From assembly GCA_963713865.1 (NCBI GenBank), contig OY970208.1, forward strand, positions 160,001 through 224,000: a DNA stretch of 64,000 nucleotides. Direction: 5' to 3'. Source of the stretch: an uncultured candidate division Zixibacteria bacterium (lineage in GTDB: Bacteria > Zixibacteria > MSB-5A5 > RBG-16-43-9). Made by a program: the position numbers and the translations under genes. Of this stretch, positions 40,366 through 50,462 are shown one piece after another. Position 1 is the first letter of the stretch, and each line of letters opens with the position of its first letter. The notes under the pieces were generated by a model. The model did no database searches. It was not told the DNA's origin and saw only the letters and a list, made by a program, of their open reading frames with translations.

Positions 40366-40833
40366 TCAACTCAAACTAAGTTCCATGAATATCGCACCCT
40401 TTACAGGATTGGGCCGATAAGGCTCAATTTCTTTAAAGCCCAAAGAGCGATAAAGCGCTATTGCTTCCTTCATCGAAGGAACAGTATCCAGAAGCATTTT
40501 GGAATAACCGAGCTTGCGCGCCTCCTCAATAATAGTCACTGCTAAACCTCTGCCGATCCCTTTCCCTTTAAATTCTGGTTTTACATATAACCTTTTCATC
40601 TCGCAGATACCTTCGCTGAATTTTCTCAAAGCAACGCATCCAGCTGTCTTCGTTTCGTATTCAGCTAAAAGCAGGCAGCCGTCAGGCGGAGCATAATCTC
40701 CCGGAAGCCCTGCCAGCTCTTTGTCGAAATTCTGAAAACAGAGGTCAAAATTTAGAGAACTGGCGTACTCTATGAACAATTCTTTAATCTGACCAAGTTG
40801 TTCTTCAGATTCAGCATAAACGAATTTTAACAT
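40366..40833 (-). CDS. GNAT acetyltransferase
   Basis: CEMKRLYVKPEFKGKGIG, AIALYRSLGF. Confidence 0.92.
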   Translation of the reverse strand: MLKFVYAESEEQLGQIKELFIEYASSLNFDLCFQNFDKELAGLPGDYAPPDGCLLLAEYETKTAGCVALRKFSEGICEMKRLYVKPEFKGKGIGRGLAVTIIEEARKLGYSKMLLDTVPSMKEAIALYRSLGFKEIEPYRPNPVKGAIFMELSLS

Positions 40834-41184
40834 TTCCTGATAATTCCTAAAATGTCAGACACTTTTTTGTCAAGCAGATCGCCTTTGATGAGATATGCTT
40901 AACCTGAGATCTACTGGAGTTTAAAACCTTAGTTTTATCTTGAATAATCATTGTAAAACACGGGATTTCTTTCTTGTAAACCTGGGGGTTTACACTCCCA
41001 AAACTATTTTGTCAAGTTTCTCTCATCGGGTATAAAGCCTGACGCTATTTTTTTTTCGTCTTCCTTTTTATGCTTTCCTTTTCCCCTTTTTTAGGGATTT
41101 AACCGCACTAACTTTAACACTTACCACCCAAATCCTTTATCTCGATAATGGTAGGACAGGCATCTTGTCTGTCCTTAGCTTAAC

Positions 41185-43358
41185 TCATTTACTCTCCAAC
41201 ATCCCCATCCCAAGAATCTTGAACAAAAACGCATAGATATCGCTTGATTCCTCGATGACTTTTGAGGTTGGCTTTCCACCACCGTGCCCGGCTTTGGTCT
41301 CCACCCGTAGTAAAACAGGATTGTCTCCTGCTGCTACAGATTGCAGGGCTGCGGCAAATTTTTTAGCATGTAAGGGTGCTACCCGGTCATCGGTATCTGC
41401 TGTGGTAATCAAAATTGGTGGATAGACCACTCCTTTTTTTACATTGTGCAAAGGTGAATAAGCATAAAGAAATTTGAACTGGTCCGGATTTACTTCTGCG
41501 TTTCCATATTCCGGTATCCAGTAGCGTCCCACGGTGAACTTATGATATCTCAGCATATCGATAACCGGAACCTGGCAGATAACCGCACCGAACAAGTCCG
41601 GTCGCTGGACCATGCAGGCCGCAACTAACAGACCGCCATTGCTCCCGCCACTGATCGCTAATTTTTTTGAGCTGGTATATCTATTTTTAATCAGCCATTC
41701 TGCCGCAGCTATAAAATCATCGAATACGTTCTGCTTTTTATCTAACATCCCTGCCTGGTGCCAGGCTTCACCATATTCATCCCCCCCGCGTAAATTCGCT
41801 ACAGCAAATACTCCACCGTTTTCCAGCCAGACCAGAACGGGATATAGAAAAATACGGGGTGATACTGCTGTTAAAACCACCGTAACCATAAAGGAGAACC
41901 GGATTATTCCCATCCAATTTGAGTCCTTTTTTGTGAACTATGAACATCGGTACCTTTGTGCCGTCCCTGGAAGTATAGAATACCTGCTCGGTTTCATATC
42001 CGGACAGGTCGAAATCGATTTTACTCTCAAAAAAAGGCGAGAGCTTCTCAGTTTCAAAATCATATCGAAAAATAGTCTGGGGATATAGAAAAGAAGTGAA
42101 CTCAAAAAACATCTCCTTATCTTTTTGTTCTGGCTGAAATACTCCCGATTGAACCTAAATCCGGTAATTTAATCTCTTTCAAAAAAACTCCATTCAGGTT
42201 ATGAAGCATCATTTTATGCTTAGCATCCTGCATATAAACCAGCACTAATTGATGGTTGACCATATCCGCAAAACTCAATACTTCTTTTTTCTGCGAGATA
42301 ATCTCTTTCCAGTTGTTTGGAGATGGATTATTTATATTAATCTGTATAATTCTGCCATTCGGGGCATCTAAATCCGTGCGAAAGTAGAACAGCGTATCGA
42401 GGTTGCTGATGAAAGTATAGTTGGCATCAGCTTTATCCAAGAGCTTGATGAATGGTCCGTTACTTTGTACCTCGCGGTAATAAATCCGGTTTTTCGGGTC
42501 AGTGCCGTGCTCCACAATCAGGACAAGATATTTTCCGTCCTCAGTGATAAAGGGCGTGAAATCAAATTCCTTTGTTTCTGGTTGTTCATAGATGAGCAGG
42601 TCTTCGGATTGAGAAGTGCCGAGTTTATGATAATAAACTCTACTGTAACTGTACTGATCCTCCTCTGGCACACTGCCCGGCTCAGGATAGCGATTATAAT
42701 AAAACCCCTGATTATTATGTTTCCAGGCAACATTGCTGAACTTAAGCCATTTTATAACCTCCGGGTATTCTTTCCCAGTTTCGATATTTAATATCCTGAC
42801 CTCCTGCCAGTCACTCCCGCTTTTTGAAATGCCATAAGCCAGGAGTTTACCATCCATACTGAAAGCCGGGATAGTCAGGGCTATGGTCCCATCCGGGCTG
42901 AGTTTATTGGGATCAATTACCATAATCGGTTTGCTGTTTAAACTTTCTTGCATGTAATACACCGATTGATTCTGCAGTCCATCGTTTTTGGTATAAAAGT
43001 ACCGTTCACCTTTTTTAATTGGCACAGAATATTTAGGATAATTCCACAATTTTGTCAATTTTGCCTTGATCTTTTCCCTTTGAGGAATGGAATTGAGAAA
43101 ATTGTAAGTCAATTTATTCTCCGCTTCCACCCAGGCCTGGGTCTCAGGAGAATCCGGATTTTCCAGCCAGCGGTAAGGATCAGCCACTTTAGTGCCGAAA
43201 TAATCATCCACCACATTATCCGTTTTTGCGACTGGATATTTAAACTTTTGAGCATAACTCAGGCTGAAAAGGGTAATCAGGACAAAACAAAACGCCAGTA
43301 AAGAAGAAAGAAAGCATACCTTAAAATCGATTCTTTTACTGTTGAATTTTCTTGGCAT
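41185..43358 (-). CDS. Secreted prolyl oligopeptidase (S9A); two 1-bp insertions near 42129 and 41836
   Basis: [28 protein letters not shown] (Ser), DDRV (Asp), AGHG (His) spread over three track ORFs; total length is 3n+2. Confidence 0.93.
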
Positions 43359-43420
43359 TGCAGATCCTCCTTTAATAGATTTTCTAACCTCTGATTAACA
43401 CAGAGGGAATATATTAAAAG

Positions 43421-43436
43421 AGCATACTTTGTGCCA
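43421..43436 (-). promoter_or_regulatory. Possible sigma54 promoter for the prolyl oligopeptidase gene
   Basis: TGGCAC-AAAGT-ATGCT with correct GG/GC spacing and one mismatch to TTGC. Confidence 0.45.
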
Positions 43437-43454
43437 GCAAAAAATGGAGAAAAT

Positions 43455-43710
43455 AGGAGGGGCGTATTGCAATACGCCCCTACAAAAAATGTAGAGGAAG
43501 GCTTTAGCCTTCCATCATTCGCACAACAAATGAACCTGATCCCGCTTTTGGCGGGACAAGCAGGCTCGCGCTACGAAAAAATATTATATGGAGTGCATTG
43601 ACTGTGTTAATGCTTGATAGCGACCCTGAAGGGTCGCACTACGAAACCGGTAACCTCACCGTGCCCCAAGGTGGGATTAAGAAAAAACTGGAGGGCTGAA
43701 GACCTCTTCT
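43455..43710. repeat. REP-like palindrome cluster containing an empty IS110 target
   Basis: GGGGCGTATTGCAATACGCCCCTAC, TCCCGCTTTTGGCGGGA, GCGACCCTGAAGGGTCGCACTACGAAA. Confidence 0.8.
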
Positions 43711-44611
43711 ACCTAAACCCGTAAATCTGTTTTGGGGCAAGGTATTGCGGGAATTTATCCAAAAGTAATAAGCGAACGCAGTAGCACAGATGGCAGGGGT
43801 CAACATATTTATCTTCAGTTTTAACCTGGTATTCTTTAGCTAAGAGAGCAGGACCGCCTTTAACCAGGGGAGCACAAATGGGATGTGAATCAGATTTGTA
43901 ATTCTTAACCAAACCCGCTAAAGGAGTCTCCCACATATTCCCGATACTCAACCCCTGGCAGAGGAATACGTTCCCATAAGGGTCCAGGTGAACCCTTTTA
44001 GGGTCTTTCAAATCCTCATAAGGACATTCGTTGAACTCTTCCCAATATCTTCCGGGCAACCCCCCGGTCAATTTCTCAACTGCCCTGCCTCTGAACATAG
44101 CACCACCACCGATAACTGGCAGCCCTTTTCCCTTTTTATCGTTTGTAATTATTTCAATTTTAGGTTTATCAATACAAATCGTATTAACTGGCATACCCAT
44201 CCTTTTCGCCACGTTCAATGCTATTCTGGCATAATTATCTTTATCCTCCTCAAAGTGATATAGATCGTTGCTTAAACTTAAATCCGAAATTTGTAAATCG
44301 CGCAGAGAAGCAAGCCATAGCTCTGCATCTTCATCTGAGATCGCCCAGTAGGCATTGGTAACTATCCCGGTTTTAAAATGCAGACCTGAACCTAATTTAA
44401 CGCCCTCGAGCATCAGCGGATAAAATAAAAATGGCTCACCCCCTTCAAAATATACCCATTCGATAGTCCCGATTTTGACTAATTCATTAAATACATTCTT
44501 GATTTGATTCAGAGTAAAAGTCCCCTTTGCTTTAGGACCGCTGTACACAAAACAATGGTCGCATTCAAAATTACAGGAATAGGTTAGAAGAAAATGGATA
44601 CCGGTTAGCAT
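43709..44611 (-). CDS. Radical SAM protein
   Basis: CNFECDHC (CxxxCxxC), EGGEPF, TNA, C-terminal Cys residues; ATG 44611 with GGAGG SD. Confidence 0.9.
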   Translation of the reverse strand: MLTGIHFLLTYSCNFECDHCFVYSGPKAKGTFTLNQIKNVFNELVKIGTIEWVYFEGGEPFLFYPLMLEGVKLGSGLHFKTGIVTNAYWAISDEDAELWLASLRDLQISDLSLSNDLYHFEEDKDNYARIALNVAKRMGMPVNTICIDKPKIEIITNDKKGKGLPVIGGGAMFRGRAVEKLTGGLPGRYWEEFNECPYEDLKDPKRVHLDPYGNVFLCQGLSIGNMWETPLAGLVKNYKSDSHPICAPLVKGGPALLAKEYQVKTEDKYVDPCHLCYCVRLLLLDKFPQYLAPKQIYGFR

Positions 44612-44753
44612 AATACCCTCCTTAATTCTATTCGCTAAACCCACTTTGCCCACAAGGTGGTTTAATCAAATGAGTGATTCTCTGTGGGGACAGAATCCGC
44701 CTCAGGTGGATTCTGTCCATTATAAAGACGCATTCGATGCGTCTCTACAATTC

Positions 44754-45416
44754 TTAAAACCCTAATTCCTCCCCCACCAAAATCACGGTTAATCTTCCTT
44801 TATCCCTCTCCCCCTCTATGACCAAAAGCTGGTTACACATCCGGTCGTATTCTGGAGGTCTGCACAGGTCATAATCGCAAAAGGCAGTATCTTTACAGGG
44901 AGTATTGAAATCCAGCCTCTGAGCATTCATTGGAGCAACCAGATTTCTGGTCCTTTCTATCCCCTCTTTCACATCTTTAACGATTTTGTTTATCCCGGCA
45001 ACGATTATCACCTTCTTTCCATAGCAAAGTCCGGCGATTTTATTTCCCATAGCGCTGATATTAATAAGCTCGCCCTTTAGGGTAACCGCATTGGTTCCGG
45101 AAAGAAAATAGTCTGCCCAAACCCCCTCCCTTCTTATTCTTAGACTCTCCTCCCTGGAAAGCTCAGGCAGGTATGGATTAAAAACCTTAAAGTTCCCCTG
45201 CATCAGCTCATCTATAAGGCCTATCTCCCTTAAGGTTAAAGAACCAGCCATACCGACCGTAGCCCCTTGAGGAATCATACTCAGGACCTTTTCCTTTGCC
45301 TCCTTACCGGTTTTTAAATAAAAGCTTTCGATATTGTTTCTTTTCAGATTTTCCAGAACTTGCGAAGAAAGCTTCTCGTAAAACCAGAGTTTATTTTTGT
45401 TCATCTTTACCTCCAT
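44754..45416 (-). CDS. LUD-domain (lactate utilisation/YkgG-like) protein
   Basis: GSLTL, ADYFLSGTNAVT..GELINI, GINKIV, APMNA, TPC. Confidence 0.85.
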   Translation of the reverse strand: MEVKMNKNKLWFYEKLSSQVLENLKRNNIESFYLKTGKEAKEKVLSMIPQGATVGMAGSLTLREIGLIDELMQGNFKVFNPYLPELSREESLRIRREGVWADYFLSGTNAVTLKGELINISAMGNKIAGLCYGKKVIIVAGINKIVKDVKEGIERTRNLVAPMNAQRLDFNTPCKDTAFCDYDLCRPPEYDRMCNQLLVIEGERDKGRLTVILVGEELGF

Positions 45417-45841
45417 TTCTAACCATCCAATAAATAAAATTCTTTCATTTTGTCAAGATAATAGGAATCTGAAGTCGTCCAACTGTTTACCATTATTAAT
45501 GTTAGGCATATAGTCGTCGTTATCGAATGAGATATCTTAAGGCTGAAAACCATCATCCCGGGACCCGAAAAAGATGGACAAAGTATCTTCATTTTTATCT
45601 AAATATCAAAGGATAATAATAAAACTTCCTGTAATTTATCCGATAAATAAAATAAGCTGTTATCTTTTGAGATTTTTACTTGACAAAACCGGTTTTTTAC
45701 GTATATTGATATTGTAAGGGATTAGAAGGAAAGAGTTAGTTGATTTTAAAATGCCTTAAAAGATTTTAATTGACCACGAGAGTTTTTAGTTTTGTGGTAT
45801 CTTTCGTGGTTTTTTTTGTTTTAACGTCAGGTTAGTGAAAG

Positions 45842-46063
45842 GTGGTGAATAAGATTTTGGCAGAAGGGAAAGTGAAGTGGTTCAACGAGGCTAAGGGATT
45901 CGGATTTATCGAGCTCAAGGAAGGGGGGAAAGACGTCTTTGTGCATTATTCCGTGATAAAATCAGAGGGATATAAGTCCCTGAAAGAGGGAGACGAGGTT
46001 AGCTTCGATATCACAGAAGGTCCTAAGGGACCGCAGGCAATTAATGTAGTTAAATTAGAATAG
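45842..46063 (+). CDS. Cold-shock protein (CspA family)
   Basis: [15 protein letters not shown] (RNP1), DVFVHYS (RNP2), KGPQA. Confidence 0.96.
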   Translation: MVNKILAEGKVKWFNEAKGFGFIELKEGGKDVFVHYSVIKSEGYKSLKEGDEVSFDITEGPKGPQAINVVKLE

Positions 46064-46097
46064 TCGATATAAGATTTACGATTTAACCGCATTATCG

Positions 46098-46130
46098 ACC
46101 CCTCCCGCATATAGGCGAGAGGGGTTTTTT
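46098..46130 (+). terminator. Intrinsic terminator after csp
   Basis: ACCCCTC...GAGGGGT hairpin followed by a T run. Confidence 0.7.
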
Positions 46131-46365
46131 ATTATCAGGCTAAAGTCCAAAGCTTAAGGTTAAGAGATAAAGGCACGTAGCAGAAAACGGGCAGCAAATA
46201 GCTGATACGGGCTAATCGCGAACAGTGAATTGCCAATCACGACACCAAAAGTTTGCTTGACAATGAAGTATCCATTTCTATATTAATTAGCGTATTAGTT
46301 TGGAGAATAAGACGTTATCTATAGGAGCATCATTTACTGACAGTGGCTTTGGAGTTTGAATTTAA

Positions 46366-46439
46366 CGGGGTGTAGCGCAGCCTGGTAGCGCACATGGTTT
46401 GGGACCATGCTGTCGGAGGTTCAAATCCCCCCACCCCGA
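46366..46439 (+). tRNA. tRNA-Pro(TGG), CCA not encoded
   Basis: CGGGGTG/CACCCCG acceptor stem, CATGG-TTTGGGA-CCATG anticodon arm, GGTTCAAATC T-loop. Confidence 0.95.
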
Positions 46440-46446
46440 GAAATAC

Positions 46447-46513
46447 AGTGAGAAAGTGATTAGTGATAGAGTGATTAGACCATCCCCCACTAATCACTTA
46501 TTCACTAATCACT
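46447..46513. repeat. Inverted (GTGATTA)n/(TAATCAC)n heptamer arrays forming a hairpin
   Basis: AGTGAGAAAGTGATTAGTGATAGAGTGATTAG...ACTAATCACTTATTCACTAATCACT. Confidence 0.8.
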
Positions 46514-46529
46514 CAGTCATTAAACCTTC

Positions 46530-46603
46530 GCCCCCGTAGCTCAGGTGGATAGAGCATCTGCCTTCTAAGCAGAGGGTCGCCCGTTCGAATCGGGCCGGGG
46601 GTA
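46530..46603 (+). tRNA. tRNA-Arg(TCT), CCA not encoded
   Basis: GCCCCCG/CGGGGGT acceptor, TCTGC-CTTCTAA-GCAGA anticodon arm, GTTCGAATC. Confidence 0.95.
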
Positions 46604-46643
46604 TATAAAGCAGTGATAAAGTGATTAGTGATTAGCAAAGACA

Positions 46644-47021
46644 ATGCAAGAGATAAATAGTTATAAAGATTTGGTAGTCTGGCAGAAGTCGCATCAATTG
46701 GTTAATAGGATTTTCGACTTGGTAGAGAATTTTCCCAAAACCAGAGGTGCAGAGATAGTCGCAAGTCAAGTTTTACGTTCCTGTTCATCAATCCCGGCTA
46801 ACCTGGCTGAGGGTTATGGTGGCAGAAAAGGTAATGAATTTATCAGTTATCTCTATCAGGCTCGGAGATCTATTCCTGAAACCGATTACTGGCTCTATCT
46901 AAGCTCTCAAAGGAAATACATCGACCAGAACGAATACGAAAAGCTATCCTCAGAATATTCTGAGGTGCTGAAGATGATAAACAGCATCATCTCAAAACTC
47001 AAGAGGCAGTTATCTTTTTAA
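46644..47021 (+). CDS. Four-helix-bundle protein (23S rRNA IVP-like family)
   Basis: SYKDLVVWQKS, SQVLRSCSSIPANLAEG, EFISYL, ETDYWL. Confidence 0.92.
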   Translation: MQEINSYKDLVVWQKSHQLVNRIFDLVENFPKTRGAEIVASQVLRSCSSIPANLAEGYGGRKGNEFISYLYQARRSIPETDYWLYLSSQRKYIDQNEYEKLSSEYSEVLKMINSIISKLKRQLSF

Positions 47022-47224
47022 TCACTTTAATCACTCTTTCACTAATCACTTAATCACTTGCTGAAGTAATGAAGGAATAGAAATAATAATATAAAAACGC
47101 TTGAAACATAGGTAGAAAGTGAATATAAAACTAATATAATCAATTTACCTACTACGGATAACTTAAAAGTAAAGAGGAAAATATCTTTTTTTTAATCACT
47201 CTCTCACTAATCACTTAATCACTT
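47019..47224. repeat. Two near-identical 34-bp (TAATCAC)n arrays
   Basis: TTTAATCACTCTTTCACTAATCACTTAATCACTT (47026-47059) and TTTAATCACTCTCTCACTAATCACTTAATCACTT (47191-47224). Confidence 0.8.
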
Positions 47225-47229
47225 ACTAT

Positions 47230-47308
47230 GGTGGGTGTAGCTCAGCCTGGTTAGAGCATCAGGTTGTGGCCCTGAGGGTCGCGGGTTCAAATCCCGTCAC
47301 CCACCCCA
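47230..47308 (+). tRNA. tRNA-His(GTG) with encoded G-1 and CCA
   Basis: G-GTGGGTG/CACCCAC-C-CCA; TCAGG-TTGTGGC-CCTGA anticodon arm. Confidence 0.95.
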
Positions 47309-47499
47309 GAAATACAGTGATTAGTGATTGGTGATTAGTCAACAACAGACCTATAACTTCTTAAATTTCCTGTTCATAAATTCTATTTTTAATCTAAAGT
47401 TTTTGTCTTTTTTTCTTGACAAATTCTGCCTGTCACTCTATTATTTTAAGTAGAGAATTAGGAACAAAACCTTTCAAAAATTTAGCAAAGGAGTTAAAG

Positions 47500-48231
47500 A
47501 TGAAACCAAAGACCTTTTGCTGGTTAATTTTCTTATTGGTTTTATTCCTCACCTTTGCCAATTCCCAGGCACAGATTACTTCTATCAATATAATACCGCC
47601 AAATCCCACTACTGACGACAGTGTAACGGTTATTGTCGAAGTAGGTGTACCATCAGGTTGTAATCATGTCCTAAAAGGTCCCCAATGGTTATGGAACGAT
47701 CTTTATGGGAATTCACACATTGTTCTTGAAATATCTCACTGGTTCGTTAGTCAACCCTGTACCCAATGGCCCCACATCGTATCTGTAACATTTAATCTGG
47801 GCAAGCTGCAAGCGGACTCCTATTCACTGCATATCGCAACTATTTATCATCAACTGGTTACTGATACACCTCAGATTAGTTATTCCGACACCCTGTTACA
47901 ATTCACAGTAACTCCACCTACTTATATCAATGGAGAGGAAGGTCCGGTGCCTGGGAAATTTGAGTTATTCCAGAACTACCCTAACCCTTTCAATCAGATT
48001 ACCCAGATCGGATTTACTCTTGAAAATTCAGCTTTTGTTGATCTGACAATTTATGACCTTCTGGGAAGAAAGGTAAAAACTTTGGTCTCAGAAAATCTGC
48101 CCACGGGTTATAAATCTGTATTATGGGATGGCACTGATGAATCGGGTAAAGAGGTGGCTTCGGGAATTTACTTGTATGAGCTGAAGGCTGGGGACCTCTC
48201 CAGCAGTAAAAAGTTAGTTTTACTGAAGTAA
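47500..48231 (+). CDS. Secreted protein with C-terminal FlgD-Ig/secretion-sorting-type domain
   Basis: Signal peptide MKPKTF...AQ; FELFQNYPNPFN...IYDLLGRKVKTL...WDG...ASGIYLY...KKLVLLK. The track's TTG 47416 is a -35 box (TTGACA-17-TATTAT). Confidence 0.9.
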   Translation: MKPKTFCWLIFLLVLFLTFANSQAQITSINIIPPNPTTDDSVTVIVEVGVPSGCNHVLKGPQWLWNDLYGNSHIVLEISHWFVSQPCTQWPHIVSVTFNLGKLQADSYSLHIATIYHQLVTDTPQISYSDTLLQFTVTPPTYINGEEGPVPGKFELFQNYPNPFNQITQIGFTLENSAFVDLTIYDLLGRKVKTLVSENLPTGYKSVLWDGTDESGKEVASGIYLYELKAGDLSSSKKLVLLK

Positions 48232-48402
48232 TAAGTTATCTGGAGATAGGAGATTAGTAGCAGTAGGTCAGGAGCCCTATACTCCTGACCTACTGCTATT
48301 TTACCAAATCGGAAATCCTTAACTATCTTACTCCCTTTCGTATTATATAACCAATTGCGAAACTCATCCCCTTTGAGCACCCCCAGCTTCTTTACCTCAT
48401 TA

Positions 48403-48579
48403 CTAACTGGTCACAGATCCCTCAAACCTTTCCTTGAGGTTTATGAGTTCATTGTTAATCATTATTTCATTTACGTGGTATCTTTTGTACAACTCCTCCA
48501 TGGCTCTCATATTGCCATTTCTTGCTTGCTCACGCAAGACTCTAAACCTCTCTTGATACTTCATTGGTTTTCCGTGCAC
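48403..48579 (-). CDS. 58-aa small protein missing from the ORF track
   Basis: AAGGAGG SD then GTG; MHGKPMKYQERFRVLREQARNGNMRAMEELYKRYHVNEIMINNELINLKERFEGSVTS followed by tandem stops TAG TAA TGA. Confidence 0.65.
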   Translation of the reverse strand: MHGKPMKYQERFRVLREQARNGNMRAMEELYKRYHVNEIMINNELINLKERFEGSVTS

Positions 48580-49044
48580 GGTTTCCTCCTTATCCTGTAG
48601 CTTTTTTTGAGCATCCCCTCCACCGTAATCTTTTCAAAGGGGAAGATATCAGAGTACTCCTAAAAAAGGTTCTGTTCACAAAAAGAGGGCCTCTGTGAAC
48701 TCCCCTTACCATCCCATAGAAACCCTAAAAAGGGAAGGAATTAATGAACCGATTTGCGTGTCCGAGATTTCCACAAACATAAATCCTACTCTTTCTAAAA
48801 TCGTTCTTTAAACGCTCGCTTACAGAACGCCCACCAGTGATGTTAGCCGATTAACATATCTAATTTAGCCAATCCCCTCTGCTAAGTCAACTAAAAAATC
48901 AAAACTGGTCAAGTTTTTCCTTGCACCAAATTGTGTATCCCGACAAGGGGCTTAGTAGTAGCTCAGAAGCTCTGTGCTCCTGACATTTTATTTGACAAAT
49001 ACTCAGACGAACCCGTCTGGAGGAAGAGTACCCTACCTGCGAGG

Positions 49045-50462
49045 TTACTTTAAGCGATCAAGGAACGAGTCGATCTTGCGTGCAACTTTTTCCGCTGCTG
49101 GCGGGTCGTAATTCGAAAGAACGATGATTACATAGTCGGTTTCAGGATTGGTTTCCACATAGGCATTAATTCCGGGAGCACCGCCCGCTATGGCGATGCC
49201 ATGCTGGTTTATTTCCTCCGAAGTTTTGGGCGCAGAGAGCTTGTTCCCCTTTAGTGCAGCAACTAATTTTAAAAGATCGTCAGCTGTGGAATACCCGCCT
49301 CCCGCAGAGCTTCCGCGTGCCGGACGGGTGTAGATGTTATTGCGCCTGGGCTCGCCTGGATGATCGTTTTCATCCCAGTTGTTGGTATAACCACTTGCCA
49401 CATTCTCCGCTGGCACGTCAGCCTCGAGGTGGGTCGTGTTCTCCATTCCGGCAATCTTATAGATATGATCACGGACATAATCGAAATAGGTCTGTCCGCT
49501 CACCTTTTCGATGATTAACCCGAGGACTATGTACCCGCCATTAGAGTATTGGCGATTCGTGCCTGGCTCGAACAGGAGCGGCTCATCCCCAAAGAGCAAC
49601 AGATAGTCAGACAAGGGTCCTGATCCGGTCTTTTGGAGTGGACTGATACTTCTCACCAAAGAAATCTCCTATTCCGGAAGTCATGTCCAGCAGATGGCGG
49701 ATCGTCACTTTCTCAGCCGCTTCCTTATTGGGATAATCCGGAAGATATTTGCCGATTGGGTCTTCCAATCTGAGTTCACCTTTTCCCTCAAGCTGTTCAA
49801 TCGCGATGCGGGTCAGGAATTTGTTGATCGAACCCAGGTTAAAGCGCGTATCCACACGGTTAGGGACGTTATATTCTTTACTTGCCAGGCCATAAGCTTT
49901 CCGGAAGATCGGATTTTCCCCTTTTGCGAGCAGAACCACTCCGGAGAAACTATCCTCAACTGATAATCCCCTCCATAAAAATCCCGATCTCTTTCAGCAT
50001 CTCCGCTTCGGTTATGGTGGACATCGGAACGTTAAGATCAGGCGGTCCGTCAAGGCGCATTATCCTTATGCCGAGGAGTTTATAAGGTTCACTCTTTTCG
50101 AACTCGAAGACAAGCTCAAGCCACGACTCCTTTGCAGAGCGGGCAACCAGCTTGATCGCATCCGTGCTCTGCTTGAGGATTTTTACCGGCTCTAATGTCT
50201 CCTGGTCGCTTTTAATCTGCCGATATACAGCCATGCGCTCTTCGATAGGACGCTCCTTAAGGGTGTTGGGAGCGAAGTTCTGCTCTAAATATGTTCGCAT
50301 GTCATTCTCGTTATTGCTGTTGAATGCGCTGAAATACGATTCAGCCCGCTTGCCAGCGATGGTCTCGGGAAAGCGAATTGCTGGTTCATCACCAGCACAC
50401 ACCACACCAGCGAAAACCAAAATCGCTATCAGGGATATGGATGCTGTAAAGCTTTTTTTCAT
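49045..50462 (-). CDS. Secreted serine hydrolase (beta-lactamase/AmpC-like); two 1-bp insertions near 49970 and 49617
   Basis: Signal peptide, FNLGSINK (SxxK), LLDMTSG, FEPG..YSN, AGGAPG; GC-richer codon usage than neighbours by eye. Confidence 0.88.

Noticed and set aside
46447-47340. DGR or CRISPR at the four-helix-bundle/heptamer locus
   Set aside because: No reverse transcriptase, no template/variable repeat pair with A-specific mismatches, and no repeat-spacer periodicity.
20298-50462. Widespread pseudogenisation or programmed frameshifting (nuoN, nuoC, IS110, peptidases)
   Set aside because: Each break is a single-base indel with no accompanying in-frame stops or decay and no slippery heptamer; sequencing error is more parsimonious.
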